From Azolla caroliniana (taxonomy: Eukaryota; Plantae; Polypodiophyta), in contig JBHGNT010000005.1 in assembly GCA_043228905.1 (NCBI GenBank), forward strand, positions 20,770,001 to 20,834,000: a stretch of DNA of 64,000 nt. Direction: 5' to 3'. Shown here piece by piece: positions 40,331 to 53,354 of this stretch. Each line of letters begins with the position of its first letter. Position 1 is the first letter of the stretch. A program made the position numbers and the translations under genes. The notes under the pieces were generated by a model that worked only from the letters and a program-made list of their open reading frames with translations, searched no databases and was not told the origin of the DNA.

Positions 40331-43300
40331 CTTGGTCCTACAAGATGCAATAGTATCTGCTCGGGCACGACTACTGGAGTTATGTCGAAGGAGCTAATGA
40401 CGCGGCACCCGAATCGACACACAGAGACTTCCCGTCGTGGGAGCAATCGGCGAGCAGGGTATTATACTGCTTCGCGTCGTGTGTGGGCGAACAACTATTG
40501 AGCTATGTTCGGGATGCAAAGACGCCGAAGGGTGCGTGGGAAAATCTAAAGAAAATCTTCGCCGCGAGCACCACAGCCAGGAAGCTTCAACTCCGACAGG
40601 AGTTGAGCAACCTACGACAACGCGACTTGTCGGTAGCAGACTATACCTCGAAGATCAAGGATATCTGCGACTCCCTCGCCTCCATAGAGGTGAACATCGA
40701 GGAGAGCGAGATGGTCCAGATCTGTCTCGGAGGTTTGGCGTCGAAGTTCGGAGCATTCCGAATGACTGTGTGTACCCGGGAGAATACGCCGTCCTTTTTC
40801 AACTTACAGTCAATGCTCCTGGTAGAGGAGAACCACGCGGGTGCGTCTACAAGCACGCACACCGACAACAGAATGCTGTACACGGAAGGAGATAGGCCCC
40901 GTGGACGTGGAGGACGAGGCGAGTCGGTGCGCAATGGAGGCGGCCGACGAGATCAAGGAAGAAGGCACCGAAGTGATGCCGACAACAACTCCGGACCCTC
41001 CGGAAACTGGGGGAGTCGAAGCGATGAGAACCGGCAAGGGAAGGCCATTGCGGAGTTGGTACTGTGGCAAGAAAGGCCACAGGGAAAGGGAGTTCTGGAA
41101 GAAGCACGCCGATTCGGAGAGAACCGGTTCCGGAAACGGCTCCGGACATACCGACAAGGGAAATCGGCAGCGATCGCACTACGCCGAAGACTCCGGGAGA
41201 GCCGGAGAAGGGTCTACCTTCGTGACGAGACACGAAGCAAACTCAATGAAACAAACCACCCCGAGATCGGACGAGGTGTGGTACGTAGACTCCGGCGCGT
41301 CAAACCACATGACGAGCCATAAGGAGTGGTTCTCGTACCTTGAAAAACCGATACAACCTGGAGTAGTCGCAACTGGAGACGACACTCCGCATCCGATCGC
41401 GAATGTCGGAGAAGTTCCCCTTAGCCATGTCGGGCAGAAAGGGAAACTCATGAACGTGCTGCACGTTCCGACAATCACGAAGAACTTGGTCTCGGTCGGA
41501 CAGATCGTTGACCAAGGGATGGAGGTTCAGTTTACACACCTCGGGTGCTTCATTGAGGAAGAAGGTTGTGTGATTGCGCAAGGGCGCAGAGACGGGAGGA
41601 TGTTCATCCTCGACTCCACTGACTGCGGCACCGCAATGTTCGCGAAGGGACAAAAATCCGAGTCGGACATCGACTTGTGGCACAAGCGGATAGGCCACGT
41701 CAACTACTAGCGGCTTCAAGATCTGCAATTGAAACAAGTAGTGTTCGGATTGCCCAAATTTAGTGGCCGAAAGGCACAAATTTGTGAAGCCTGCCAGCTC
41801 GGGAAGCAATACCGACTTCCTTTCCCAAACGAGCGAAACCGGAGCTGGAACAAGCTCGACCTTATACACTCCGATGTATGGGGGCCGGCACAAAACGTTA
41901 GTCTTGGCGGGAGCCGATATTTCGTCTCCTTCATCGACGACCACACGCGGCACACATGGATCTACCTCATTGAGAGGAAGAGCGAAGTCTTCGACTGTTT
42001 CCGGTACCTCAAAGGGTTCGTGGAAACAGAAACGGGACGAAAGATCAAGTGCTTGCGGTCGGATGGCGGGAAAGAGTAATTTTCCGGTCAATTCAACGGT
42101 TATCTACAACAAATGGGAATTCCGCGCGAATTCAGTTGTAGATACACGCCGGAGCAGAACGGCGTGGCCGAGAGGAAGAATCGGTCAGTTGTGGAAGCGG
42201 CACGGGCAATGCTGGAGGAGAAGAGCTTGCCCAAGTTCTACTGGGCCGAGGCGGTAAGGACCGCGGTATACATCCAGAACCGGATCGGAGACAAAGTGTC
42301 GGCGCACGAGCTATATTTCGGAACAAAGCCGAACTTTCGACACTTGAGGGTGTTCGATAGCATTGCGTATGTGCATGTACCGAAGGAGAAAAGGAGGAAG
42401 CTGGATGCAAAGGCCGAAAAATGCATCTTGGTCGGTTACTCGGACGAGCAGAAGGGTTATAAGTGCTATAACCCTCGCACCAAACAAGTGCGTGTTAGCC
42501 GCGACGTTGTGTTTGACGAGTCCGCGTCCTGGTACCAGCCCCCGACTCCGAACCCCGTCTCCAATCCGAGCTCTGACGATGAGGTCAGCGAGGCCGAGAT
42601 GCCTCCGGATGAGCCCGAAATCGAGACCCGCGAAGAGAGTCCGATTTCACTCCGTTTAAGTGGACCGATTGGACGACTGAGTCGGTATGACCAGTCCGAT
42701 GAAGAGCCGGCGAGTAGTGGAGACTCGGCCGTGCATTCCCCGCGTAGGAAGCCGAGGAGACGGCCTATGTGCAAAGAGAAAGGGAAGAAGAAGGTGTCGG
42801 ATTCCAGCACGGATAGGAACGAGTCAGACCGACGCGAGTCCGACTCCGAGGGAACCGGTGAAGGGTCTTTAAAGGTGAAGTCCGCGTCGACCGAGAAGAC
42901 CTCGACATCAGCTAATGTGAGATTACGCCGGTCTACCCACTAGAAGAATCCTGTTTTGCGGTTCGGATACAACAAGTACATGGCGCATCATTATGCGTAC
43001 ATGACCTGTGTAGCGGAAGTGCGTGAGCCGGAGAGCTACGCAGAAGCGGCTAAAGACGTGAATTGGCGTGCCGCGATGGAGGAAGAGATGCACGAATTGG
43101 CGGAGAATGAGACCTGGGACCTGGTTGACGTACCAAGAGGGGTAAAACCGATCGGGTGTAGGTGGGTGTACAAGGTGAAGTACAACACTGATGGCTCGGT
43201 CAACCGGTACAAGGCTCGGCTAGTGGCAAAGGCCTACGCGCAGAAAAACGGCATCGACTACGATGAGACGTTTGCGCCGGTCGCGAAAATGACGACCATC

Positions 43301-44977
43301 CGTGTTTTGCTCGCAGTAGCTGCAGTGAAGGGGTGGCACTTACATCAGATGGATGTAAAGAATGTGTTCCTGCAAGGTGACCTTGAGGAACAGGTGTACA
43401 TGGTACAGTCCCCCGGATTCCACTCCGGAACGAACTCCTCGGCAGTATGCCGACTGAAGAAGTCCCTTTACGGACTGAAGCAACCCCCGCGTGCCTGGAA
43501 TGCGAAGATCACGCAACAACTGCGTCGGATGGGCTTCGTCACGTCAAAATCGGACTCTTCCCTGTTCATCCGGAAAGATCGAATTGGACCAGTTAGTATT
43601 TTACTATATGTTGATGACTTGGTCATCACCGGCGCCGACCTAGGTGAAATCGACCGCGTGAAGCTCCAGCTTGCGGCATCATTCGACCTGAAGGATCTGG
43701 GGGACCTTCATTACTTCCTCGGGATCGAAGTGATCCGTACCCCCGAAGGCATATTGATCAGCCAACGTCATTACGTGTTGAGTATGCTCTTCAAATTCGG
43801 GATGGCCGATTGTAAGTCCGTCTCGACTCCTTTGGACAGAACCGTCAAGCTTCGTCCCGATACGGGAAAGGTATGCGACCCGACGAGGTTCCGACAAATT
43901 GTCGGAAGCCTCATATACTTGACCATCACCCGACCCGACCTCAGTTATCCGGTCGGAGTGATCAGTTAGTTCATGGCGCGACCTACCGAGGAGCACCTTT
44001 AGTGTGCGCAACGCATACTTCGGTATGTCAACGACACTAAGGACCAGGGACTGCTATATCGGACCGGTGCAACCACGCAGTTAGTCGACTACACCGATGA
44101 TGATTGGGCTGGCAACGCCGCCGATCGCCGATCCACGTCCGGATACGCGTTCTCCCTCGGGAGTGCCGCGATCGCGTGGAGCAATAAGAAGCAGCCGACA
44201 GTTGCGTTGTCAAGCACCGAAGCTGAGTACCGAGGAGCGGCTGTCGCGACATGCGAAGCCATATGGTTGAAGCGGCTACTTAAGGACCTGCAAGAGGAGG
44301 TGTCAGATCCGAGAACGATCTACTGCGACAACCTCAACAACATCCAGCTCGCGAAAAACCCTGTTTTCCACGCACGGACCAAGCACATTGAGGTGCACTA
44401 CCGTTTCGTCCGTGAGCGTGTCCTTTCCGGTGAAGTCGAACTTCAGTACGTTCCGACGGATCAGCAGACTGCCGACATCTTCACCAAGCCTCTTGGTCTG
44501 GGCAAGTTGCGGCAATTCTCAGGTGCGCTCGGATTGCGTCACCTCGACGTGCCAAACTTGAGGGGGAGAACAGTCCCGAATGACCAAGCAAGGCAGCAGG
44601 AAAGGAGCGGAGACCGCGACACCGAGTCGGTTGTCGAGTTCGACTTCGGATCGGCTGAAGAAGCCGAGGGCGGACCCGCGGAAAAGTCCGGAAGCGGACA
44701 GAAGGGGAGCAGCCGAAGGAGAGAGCCGAAGCCAATCACACATGGGGAAGATGACGCCATCGAGGGCGAGAAGACCGAAGACGAGTTGGAGACAGCCAAC
44801 TCGGACGAGAGCAAAAACCGATCGGAGGTAGCCAAGTCGGTTCGGATGTTTGATTCAGATACGCTGAATCAACCGAGGCCCAAGCGGAAGAAAAGGCAGC
44901 AGGAGAAGTGTCAACACCACAACAACAGAAGAGCTGATAAGGGCCACATGAGCAGACAAGCCGACCGGAAGGGTTGA
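40331..44977 (+). pseudogene. Copia gag-pol polyprotein, disrupted (first 16 codons at 33392-33440)
   Basis: Frameshift near 41050 and in-frame stops (e.g. 41708, 42077, 42941, 43967); all copia domains remain recognisable. Confidence 0.92.
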
Positions 44978-45088
44978 AGCGCGCGGAGTCGAATAGGTCG
45001 AGGAGCACGAGCGAGGCGTGAAGCCAGGAGGAACCGGGGCTGTGAGCCCGAAGATCCCGAAGAGCCTCAAGTTGAGCTTGTGGGGGAG

Positions 45089-45546
45089 TGTTGAGAGACA
45101 AGCTCAACATCGGCCGGATCGGCTGAAGAAGCCGAGGACCGGATCGGTTGGGACCGATCGGTTAGGCTGAATGCGTAAACCTGTACGTAGACCGGTGCGT
45201 AGGTAGGGGCGGATCGATGCGTAAACCGGGAAGCCGTTAGGAAAGATATTCCGTGAGGAATATATTTGGGAGTTAGTGTAGGAGCTCTTAATGAGCATTG
45301 AAGTACTGTCAGTACTTCTGTCAGTCCTTCTAGGACTTGTATAAAAGTGTTCATTGAACACACATATGTATACAGTGGTGAATAGAGATTGTGTACTTCC
45401 GTTGAATATAGTTCTTGTGTTTTTTTCTCTCTATCACTCGCTATGTCTCTCCCGCGTATACTACGTAAGCTCAAGCTCTCCATTAAACCTGAGTTTTCTT
45501 CCTTCAGTTCGGTCTTCATACTTGCTTCCACACGCTACTTTTTACA
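45089..45546 (+). repeat. 3' LTR of copia element
   Basis: Direct repeat of 32850-33307, followed by TSD agata. Confidence 0.97.
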
Positions 45547-45683
45547 AGATATAACTAAAGAGTCTAAGTTAGTTTGTGTAGTTCTTGGTGATTTGGCTTG
45601 TGTGATTTCATTAAATATCATCCTTACTCGATTGTCCTCGGTCTACCTTGATTTGAACTTCACAACCTAGATATATTTTGCGG

Positions 45684-48611
45684 TATCGTGATGTTGTGTG
45701 TCTAGTGGGATAAAACGTGTGGGTGCACAAACATTACACAAACACTTGTAAATAGGAAAATAAGCTTAAGGCCCAGTGGCATTTTAGTGCATACATTGGG
45801 GTGCAAGTAGGGTTTGAACCTTGCACCTCCAAAATAGAAAACGTTTGACTTACCATTAGGGCTACTATCAAGTGCTTTAATTTTCGTGTATTTCCTTATT
45901 ATATTCAGAATTCCATACAAAACAACCGTACAAAACCACACGTGCACAAAACCATGGTTCTCAACCCATATGTCATTAGCAAAACCATGTGGCTCCAAGC
46001 CCATGGTTTTGTGCATGGAGAGACCTATAAAAACCCTACGAGGGCTTGGGTAAGGGGCAACTCAATATGTGATATCACCATCACCACCATCACCAATATA
46101 ATATTCTTCTTATTTATCTACTTCTGAAGTGTACAATTTTCGATCTTCTCAAGTGTAACAGTGTTTCCTCAACTCTTAAATTGACAACGTCCTCTTTTCG
46201 ATAACTTGGCAAATGTCCTCCCCGGTCCAAGACCCTGATGGTTCCACTTGAGTAGTACACGCACACACAAATCTTCACGACACATTTGATGAACCCGACA
46301 TGAAGAGCGGTAGGGGAGGATGAAGATGGATGAAGAATATCTCATGGAGGCAATGTCAAACATGAGGATGGAATTTTTGAGAAAAGGGAAATGACGAGAT
46401 GCATCCCAATAAGACATTGAGAGTGTGGTCGGGCGAGTCAATTGTTTCAATGGGAACGAAGTCCAAAATTTTCTAAAAGCTTACAATGTCGAGATGGATT
46501 GGAGAGGTGTGGACGAAGCTATGAGACTAGAGTATTTTCGTTGGTTGGTGGCCGAACCTATCTACGAAGAGATGAAAGAGCTTCAAGAAACTCACGACTC
46601 ATGGGTGTCCTTCAAGGAAGCTCTATTGGAGGCGTACGAATACGAGAAACTGAAGGGACGACGTTGACACGAGTTTGACCAATGGGTATCATCGACAAAG
46701 ACCCACCAAAGTGCCATGCATGCGTTCCTAGAGTTTGAGTGTCATTTTGCTAGACTCTCGAAGAGGGATTAGAGATTGGTGGGGGTGGATCGAAAGGAAA
46801 GGATGGCCATCAGACTCAAACTCAAAGAAGATGACGGTGTAAATGGCCTCACTGAGGATTGGACCAAAGTGGAAAGAGTATGACAACTACAAGATAAGGG
46901 GCAAGCAAGAATCTCGTCGGCAACAACACGGCCCAGAGGGATGTTCAAAGGAAGGTGAAAGGCGACACGAGCTACCACTAAAGGAAGAGGGCTCGGAGCG
47001 GAAAGGTTCAGAGGTACTCAACATGGAAGCCTTGATAAGGGAAGCGTACAAGAGCTTAAAGGTGAAGTTTGAGGCCGAAGGGAAGCTTACAACGGAGCTA
47101 GAGCCGAGGCAAATGATGGACGAGGAGGAAGTCGCCTCCCAACGATTGAGGACGAATGATGTGGCCTATACGAAGGCTAAAGTACGATACCATGGTACCA
47201 CTGGAGAGGGTGTGGAACAAGCCACCCTCTCCTCTTGTGAAGGTACGGCAGCCAAGGATAAGGCCAATGACTTGAGAGTGGCAAACGCCAATTCGATGGT
47301 CACGGATGAATGTTTCATTTCACGTTTGTTTGAGACATCGGGTGACGAAGGGGCAAGAATAATCGAAGCTTGCATGATCGAGGAGGGCAAAGAGTGTGAG
47401 GCCTATGGAGATGAAGAGATAACCATAGATAACGACGTCGAGGCGAAGGTGGCTATGGATGAATCAATGGTGTATGGTGTTGTCGAGAATTTCCCCCACA
47501 CTAAATCTAGAGACTTGGGCAGTTGTGTTCGAGAACCAACATGAGACCCAAGAGATGGAATGTGGCGGTTTAGGGTTTAGGGGTCCAAGCCAATGTCGAA
47601 GATGACTACAAGGCGGGCAACGACCATGGAGAGAGTTCCTCCACACTAGATCCTAAGACTTGGGCATTAATTGATGTAAGACCCAAGAGACGAAAGGTGG
47701 CAGCGAGGAAGTGGAGGTCAAAGCCAATACGAATAACCTTTAGGTGGAAGTGGCTAAGTGTAGCACGACGAAGGCAGACGACAAGAACATATGTATTCTT
47801 CCACATTTGTTCTACAGACTTGGGCATTAACCAATGTAAGACCCAAGAGTTGGAAGGTGGCAGCGAGGGAACGAAGGTCGAAGCTGATGCATGCGATGGA
47901 GAGATTGCCAAGGAGGTGGCTATGGCAAAACGACGGAAGATGGCAATTCCAAGGCTTCCTCCCCACTAGTTCTAGAGATTTGAGGGTGTTCCTCGAGAAG
48001 TGATCACGACTTTTAACGTGAGGGAGGACACTAGCGTGAAGCTCAGAGGTATGGTGGTCAACTCAAACACGAGAGTATACCACAACGAATGGCAAAAAGA
48101 GAGGCATGTGATGTGGTCGCTTAGAGACCTCAAGGTGAGGATGCGCTTGAAGGGACTATGACGGGTAGTCAACGTTGACATTCAGACGAGGTCTTGTGAA
48201 GGCAAGTATGGGACGAGAAAGGATGAAGGATAGAAGTTCCTTGACCAAGGAGATGGACGGGATGATGGTGGCACATACACAATTGTGAAAGGTTATGTTC
48301 GGGAGGGGTGAAAGGGGCCATGACAAGCGGTCATGGCATTACAAAGAGTGAATGAAGAATATGGTGGATCGAATGGTGACAATGGTTCGGATGGAAGGAA
48401 TGGACGTGCTCAAAATTGAGACACAAAGTCGGTGTGGGTGAGGCGCAAAGAAGGAGCAAGCCAAAGTTTTACAACCTTTGGCCCCACCACATCACTATTT
48501 TCCTTCTTGGCACATGCCAAAGGATGTGGGGTTTGGTGGAGTGGATGTCGTGATGTTGCGTGTCCAATGGGAGAAAAAGTGTGGGTTCATGAACATTACA
48601 CAAACACTTGT
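45684..48611 (+). mobile_element. Gag-only (non-autonomous) relative of the tRNA-Trp gypsy lineage; 3' LTR truncated
   Basis: 5' LTR 45684-46282 (tatcgtga..tcacgaca) and PBS-like tgatgaacccgacatga at 46287-46303. Gag VVGRVNCFNGNEVQNFLKAYNVEM..SWVSFKEALLEAY is similar to the 34136 gag. No RT/INT motifs seen. PPT-like ggtttggtggagtgga precedes 48546-48611, which repeats the first ~66 bp of the 5' LTR. Confidence 0.8.
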
Positions 48612-50284
48612 GGTTTACTTCAATTCTAGAGTCGTAGGCACCACGATCTATGTGTGACGTCCAATGTTTCTTGGGATTTGCAAATTTTCATTGTAAATTC
48701 ATCAAGAATTACCCAAAAATGGTTCTCCCTCTCACACAATTGACACAGAAAAACCAACCAATTATATGGAATTTGAGTGCAACTGAGGCATTTGAAAGTT
48801 TAAAATGTGCAATCACATATGCCCAATTTTAATTTATGTTGACCTAGCCAAGTCCTTGTTTTAGAAGTTGATGCATCAAATTTGGTCTCTGAAGTGTCAT
48901 CACACAAAATCGAAGACAATGATTGATTACATCCAATTTATTTTCATCAAGCAACAAATATTAATTATGATGTTCAAGTCAAGGAGATTTTGGCTATTGT
49001 GGACTCTTTTATCAAAATTGGTGCCATTTCTTGAAGGTTCTCCTCATGAAATCATTGCCTACCATGATCACAAGAATCTAACATATTTCCAAATCATCCA
49101 CAAGCTCGTTGGGCACAATTCATGTGCTCGATTTTTTGATCATGTATCGCCCCCAACGACCATAGAAAGGCACATGCTCTATCTCAGTATTCCTATATGA
49201 CACCTTGCTTATGGGAATTTCCCTTTGACCATCAAAAGCGGATCTTATTTTTTATCGCTTCCATGTAATTGTAAATAACACCTAGCAAATTCCACACTTA
49301 CTAATCAATTCAATTCACAATGATCTTGTATATTCAATTTCTGATGGTCAATGTTAGTCTATCTCTTTGGATTTCATTATTGATCTTCCATCTTCCAAAG
49401 GTTTTGACACCATTCTTACTATTGTGGATTGGTTCACTAAGATGACCCTTTTCCTTCCATACACAAAGACTATCAATAGTCAAGAGACAATCTCTTCTTA
49501 TTACTCTCTTTCTTACTATTGTTAATACGTTGCCAATCTCTTCTTATTTCATTCATATAAGCTAAAAAACCACAATCATATCACAACCTAGTCACAATGA
49601 AATGAATCTTTGATCCCCAAAAGCCCATAGAAAATACATTGGCGCCAGAAAACCAATTTCAAATACAAAGAAATGAGTGTGCACCCTATATGAATATGAT
49701 AACATGGAGGAACATTCATTCTGATTGATGGTCCAACATATACTTACATTTTTCCAAGCTACTTTTAAGTCACTCCATAGCTTTTACAAAATGATTACTG
49801 CACAATGGGCATATCTAAAATATTTCTTAGAGCATAGAAACACACTTAGATTCTCAAATATATGGAAAACTTGCATACATCCTATACACTTATGAAAACG
49901 CTCCATTTGGTGCTTAATATTTTCTAGATTGGAAAATATTTTTGATGGTGAATACTTGTAATAGCAGAGATCTAGTTTGGGTTCTTTCCATGTAGGCCAT
50001 TGATCTGGAGTTCAATTGCAGCCTGTCACAATTGCCGCAAATGGTAATCAATTCATCACGAAGAGAGAAAAATAAAAAGATGCATTTGTTGTCGGCATGC
50101 AGTTATCTTATTGATAAATAAGAGGAAGATCTCTCTATAAACAGATGAAATACAGATTCAAATCGATCTGCACACTCCATGTGGGGTTTGCCACATTAAA
50201 AACCAGTTTTGAGGCCACAAGGATTGAATACAAGCAATATGGTTCACCAACTAATTAAGATATCCATCAATGTGACAATCAACT

Positions 50285-53093
50285 TCATGCACCATGTTGA
50301 GGTACCTGGCTGAGCTGTAAATGAAAAATGCATTAATAATTAGAAACGGTAGGCATCATTAACTAGTGTTCAACAATTTTCAACACTAATCACAAAATGT
50401 GAATTTCTATAAGCAAAAAGGCCAGCATATATTACACATAAACTTTTCAATCAAGCATCACACATATATTTGCATATGTTGAACGATAGTTGTAGCAGGG
50501 TCTCCATATCTGCTCATCAAGGTTTGGACTTACAAAATGAAAGAATACTGCTGACTAATTGTTCTTCTACAATTAATTATCAATACATCAATTTAATTCT
50601 AATTCACGTATGCAAAGAGATTCAGTCGTTTTAAGGCTCAAGTTAATGGCCGTTGAATTCCCATTGGTTGTGATTTGACCAACCTTACATCTTAGACACT
50701 TTTTACACAATCACATTTATTTTATTTTCTTTTATGCTGCACAAATTAAGCAGAATGATTCCTTGGATGGACAACAGTGCAGCTAGCAGGTGGCAATGCA
50801 TAATCATGGAAAATGAAGAAACACAGAGACATGACACACAAAAGTGACATTAATTTTATTTTTTTATCGTAGCTCGTCTTACTTGTTCCATGTGAGGCGG
50901 TGCATTATCATGGAAAATAAAGAACCGTAGAGGCACAACACAGAAATGTACAGTCATCTGTTAACCAAGAGGAAATTACAATGCCAATCAAAATGCTACA
51001 TCGATCATCTTCTTTACCTCCACAGTGTTGGTGAGGCAGAGGATATTCCTTGACCAAATGCCTTCATTAATGAGGATGTCAATGGTTCTGAATGGAAGAA
51101 ACTATACTATCCCCATGATTTAGAGGGGAACTAGTAGAACATAGCTGATATTGGTGTTTACTGTTTCTTAGGGCAAGTGAGGATGATCAATTTTGAAAGG
51201 AACCTTGAGACTCTTAGAATGTATTTGAAAATCAGCTGGTTAATGCACAACTGAATATACGCTACAGGCACAAGTTACTGCATTGAATATTTCTACATAA
51301 TCACTTTATGTTCCCTTTTTATGATTTGAACACCAAAAAAACTAGAAGAAAAAATAGCACTTACATGTGAAATAATGGAAACCCAATCCCAACCTCGGGG
51401 TTTCTCTGCTGCGGCACCAAATTTGTCGAAAAACCGACGTTTTTGAGCTTTCGTCAGTTTCTCCTTTGTATCCTTTTTGCCAAAATTAGCATCTTTCCTG
51501 TCACTTTGAGGATGTGCAGTATTGAAGCCTTCAACTCCCTGGCATTATATCAAAGTTCCATATCAAAGATATGTTTTATAAGTAACGAGGATGCATAGAT
51601 TTTCCCAAAACTTACTTCTGGCGCAGAAACTGCCCTCATTGAATGAAACTCTGGTAATTTATCCTTTAACCATTCCAGAATGCTATAGCACATGCTTTCT
51701 CCTATCAGAATTGATGCCTGCTAGTCATACACTGCCTTAGAGCGAGATAATGATCACTAAAGGAAGAAAACAATCAAGGTGCATCTATTATAATCTTGTT
51801 AAGTTGAAAGTGCACTCCATCTCCAGGTAGATAAACAGACTAAATAAGGTGACCTTCAATCATCATAATCAGGAGATTTCTTTTCAAGGCAATTGCTGAA
51901 ATGGCATAATACTGCATCACTATATCTATATACATATTTACAGCATGAGCACCATCATGTAAGACAGACAGCATAAATGCCATATACAATACATACATAT
52001 ACACACATACACACACATCATGAACACCACCATCATGTAATCACAAAGTCTTGATGCATAGATGTTATTTTCATAAGCATGGCTCAAATACATATATACA
52101 TCACGAACAAATACATATATACATCACGAACACCACCATCATGTAAATACTTAGGCTTGATGCCAAGCCACATTCACAAGCACAATTTATGATTATACAC
52201 ACGCATCATGAACAACATTTTGACAATCATCAAAAGGAGGAAACATATATTTTGATGAGAGGGAATAACTGCATTCATAGAGTGATTCATATATATACAA
52301 TGCACATCATGTCTTGCAAGCACTGATGTCATAAGATTCCACATTCACAAGAATGACATGTAGACTATGAAGTTTGAACATCATAAAAAAATTGGTGGCA
52401 TAAAGTATATTTGCAAGCATGATATATGTATCATGAACACCACCTGATGGCTTAAAATCACAAATTTACAAGCATGGTATATATGTATCATGGGCACCAT
52501 CATCATATAATATAAGGATTGATGGTATTTTATGCCACATTCACAAGCAAGATATATGTTTAATTAACTCTGTCATGTAAGGATTCCTGGAATTAAATGC
52601 CACACACACAAGCCTGATATATACATCATGAAGATCATCAGGAAAGAATTGATAGCATAAAATGTCACACCTACAAGCATGATATGCATACCATATACGC
52701 CATGCCATGTAAAGCTTGATGAAAAGGAAAACCTTTCGTAAGTATCTATGCAAGGAGCTATGTAACCTTTCTGTGGATGAACACAAGAATTATAAGTTTT
52801 TTTATTGGCGAAAATACCTGTTCCTGAAGACCTTGTACGATGTGCTTCTTGGCAAGTTCAGAGTAGGAAGCATTGTTGAGGTTGGAGACATCGAAAAGAG
52901 GGATCTGTTGGTCAGGGTAGGATGAAGGAAGAAGAAGATCGATGAACAGAGGAGGAACACTGGGAGGTTCTGACTCTACAGCTTCATCAGTCGATGGATC
53001 AACCCTAACCCTAAAGCGATTGTGCTCGATTTTCGTAAAGCTGTCGTAGAAGATGGATTCCAAGGCCATGAGCTCTTCCTCTATAGCCTCCAT
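50285..53093 (-). CDS. RWDD4: RWD domain-containing protein 4-like, ~193 aa
   Basis: Four GT-AG exons in frame: 53093-52818, 51717-51616, 51538-51365, 50314-50285. N-terminal RWD domain (EEELMALESIF, LPSSYPDQQIP). The C-terminus KEKLTKAQKRRFFDK..EKPRGWDWVSIISHLSQ matches the RWDD4 signature as I recall it (LSKAQKRK..PRGWNWVDVVKHLS). Confidence 0.88.
51940..52720. repeat. Degenerate minisatellite in intron 1 of the RWDD4-like gene
   Basis: Recurring cacattcacaagca..gatatat..atcatgaacaccaccatcatgtaa motifs; roughly 8 diverged units of about 75-110 bp. Confidence 0.7.
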
Positions 53094-53186
53094 GGTTTGC
53101 TCTGTTTCCCTTTTCTTGTTCTTTCTTTACTTCTTATGTTTCCTCTGTTCCCTTTGGGCCATGTACAACATAATAGCAAGAAGCTT

Positions 53187-53354
53187 TGAAATGAAATGAA
53201 ATGAAATGCAATTACTTGAATTGAATTACAATGGATTGAATTGGATTGAAATGCAGTTAATTGAATTGAAATGAAATGCAAGGAACTGAATTGGATTGAA
53301 ATGCAATGAATTTGAATGCCATGAATTGAATTGAAATGATATGATATGCAATGG
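53187..53354. repeat. Degenerate pentamer array (TGAAA/TGAAT/TGGAT/TGCAA)n upstream of the RWDD4-like ATG
   Basis: About 33 five-base units directly visible. Confidence 0.9.

Larger units (their letters stand above)
32850..45546 (+). mobile_element. Full-length Ty1/copia LTR retrotransposon, inactivated and interrupted by a nested gypsy
   Basis: 458-bp TG..CA LTRs at 32850-33307 and 45089-45546, 5-bp TSD agata, PBS tggtatcagagc (tRNA-iMet) at 33308-33319, PPT at 45081-45088. Domain order is gag-PR(WYVDSGASNHM)-INT(HSDVWGP, QNGVAERKNR)-RT(YKARLVAK, YVDDL)-RNaseH(SSTEAEY, RTKHIEV). Confidence 0.97.
30950..49550 (+). mobile_element. Old degenerate Ty3/gypsy element (Tcn1/Tf-like), host of the nested insertions
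   Basis: LTR-like sequence ends ttgctaca at ~31278, with a partial copy at ~49490-49550 and a related one at ~30290-30490. Gag remnant KEPKISLPLKFEG..GFLNQ..LAWF (31364-32350). Protease LDLGANSCF..IDGR continues at 45552-45683 (VLGLP*FELHN). RT/RNaseH DVQCFLGFANF..DAS..KEILAIV at 48640-49130, and integrase SISLDFIIDLPSSKGFDTILTIVD at ~49360-49490. Lineage name is an inference. Confidence 0.75.

Noticed and set aside
33100-45600. Numerous alternative-frame and antisense ORFs, including duplicated ones in the LTRs
   Set aside because: By-products of GC-rich retroelement sequence and LTR duplication; no independent domain evidence.
51940-52720. CRISPR-like repeat-spacer array
   Set aside because: Units are degenerate along their whole length, lie in a spliceosomal intron, and no cas genes are present.
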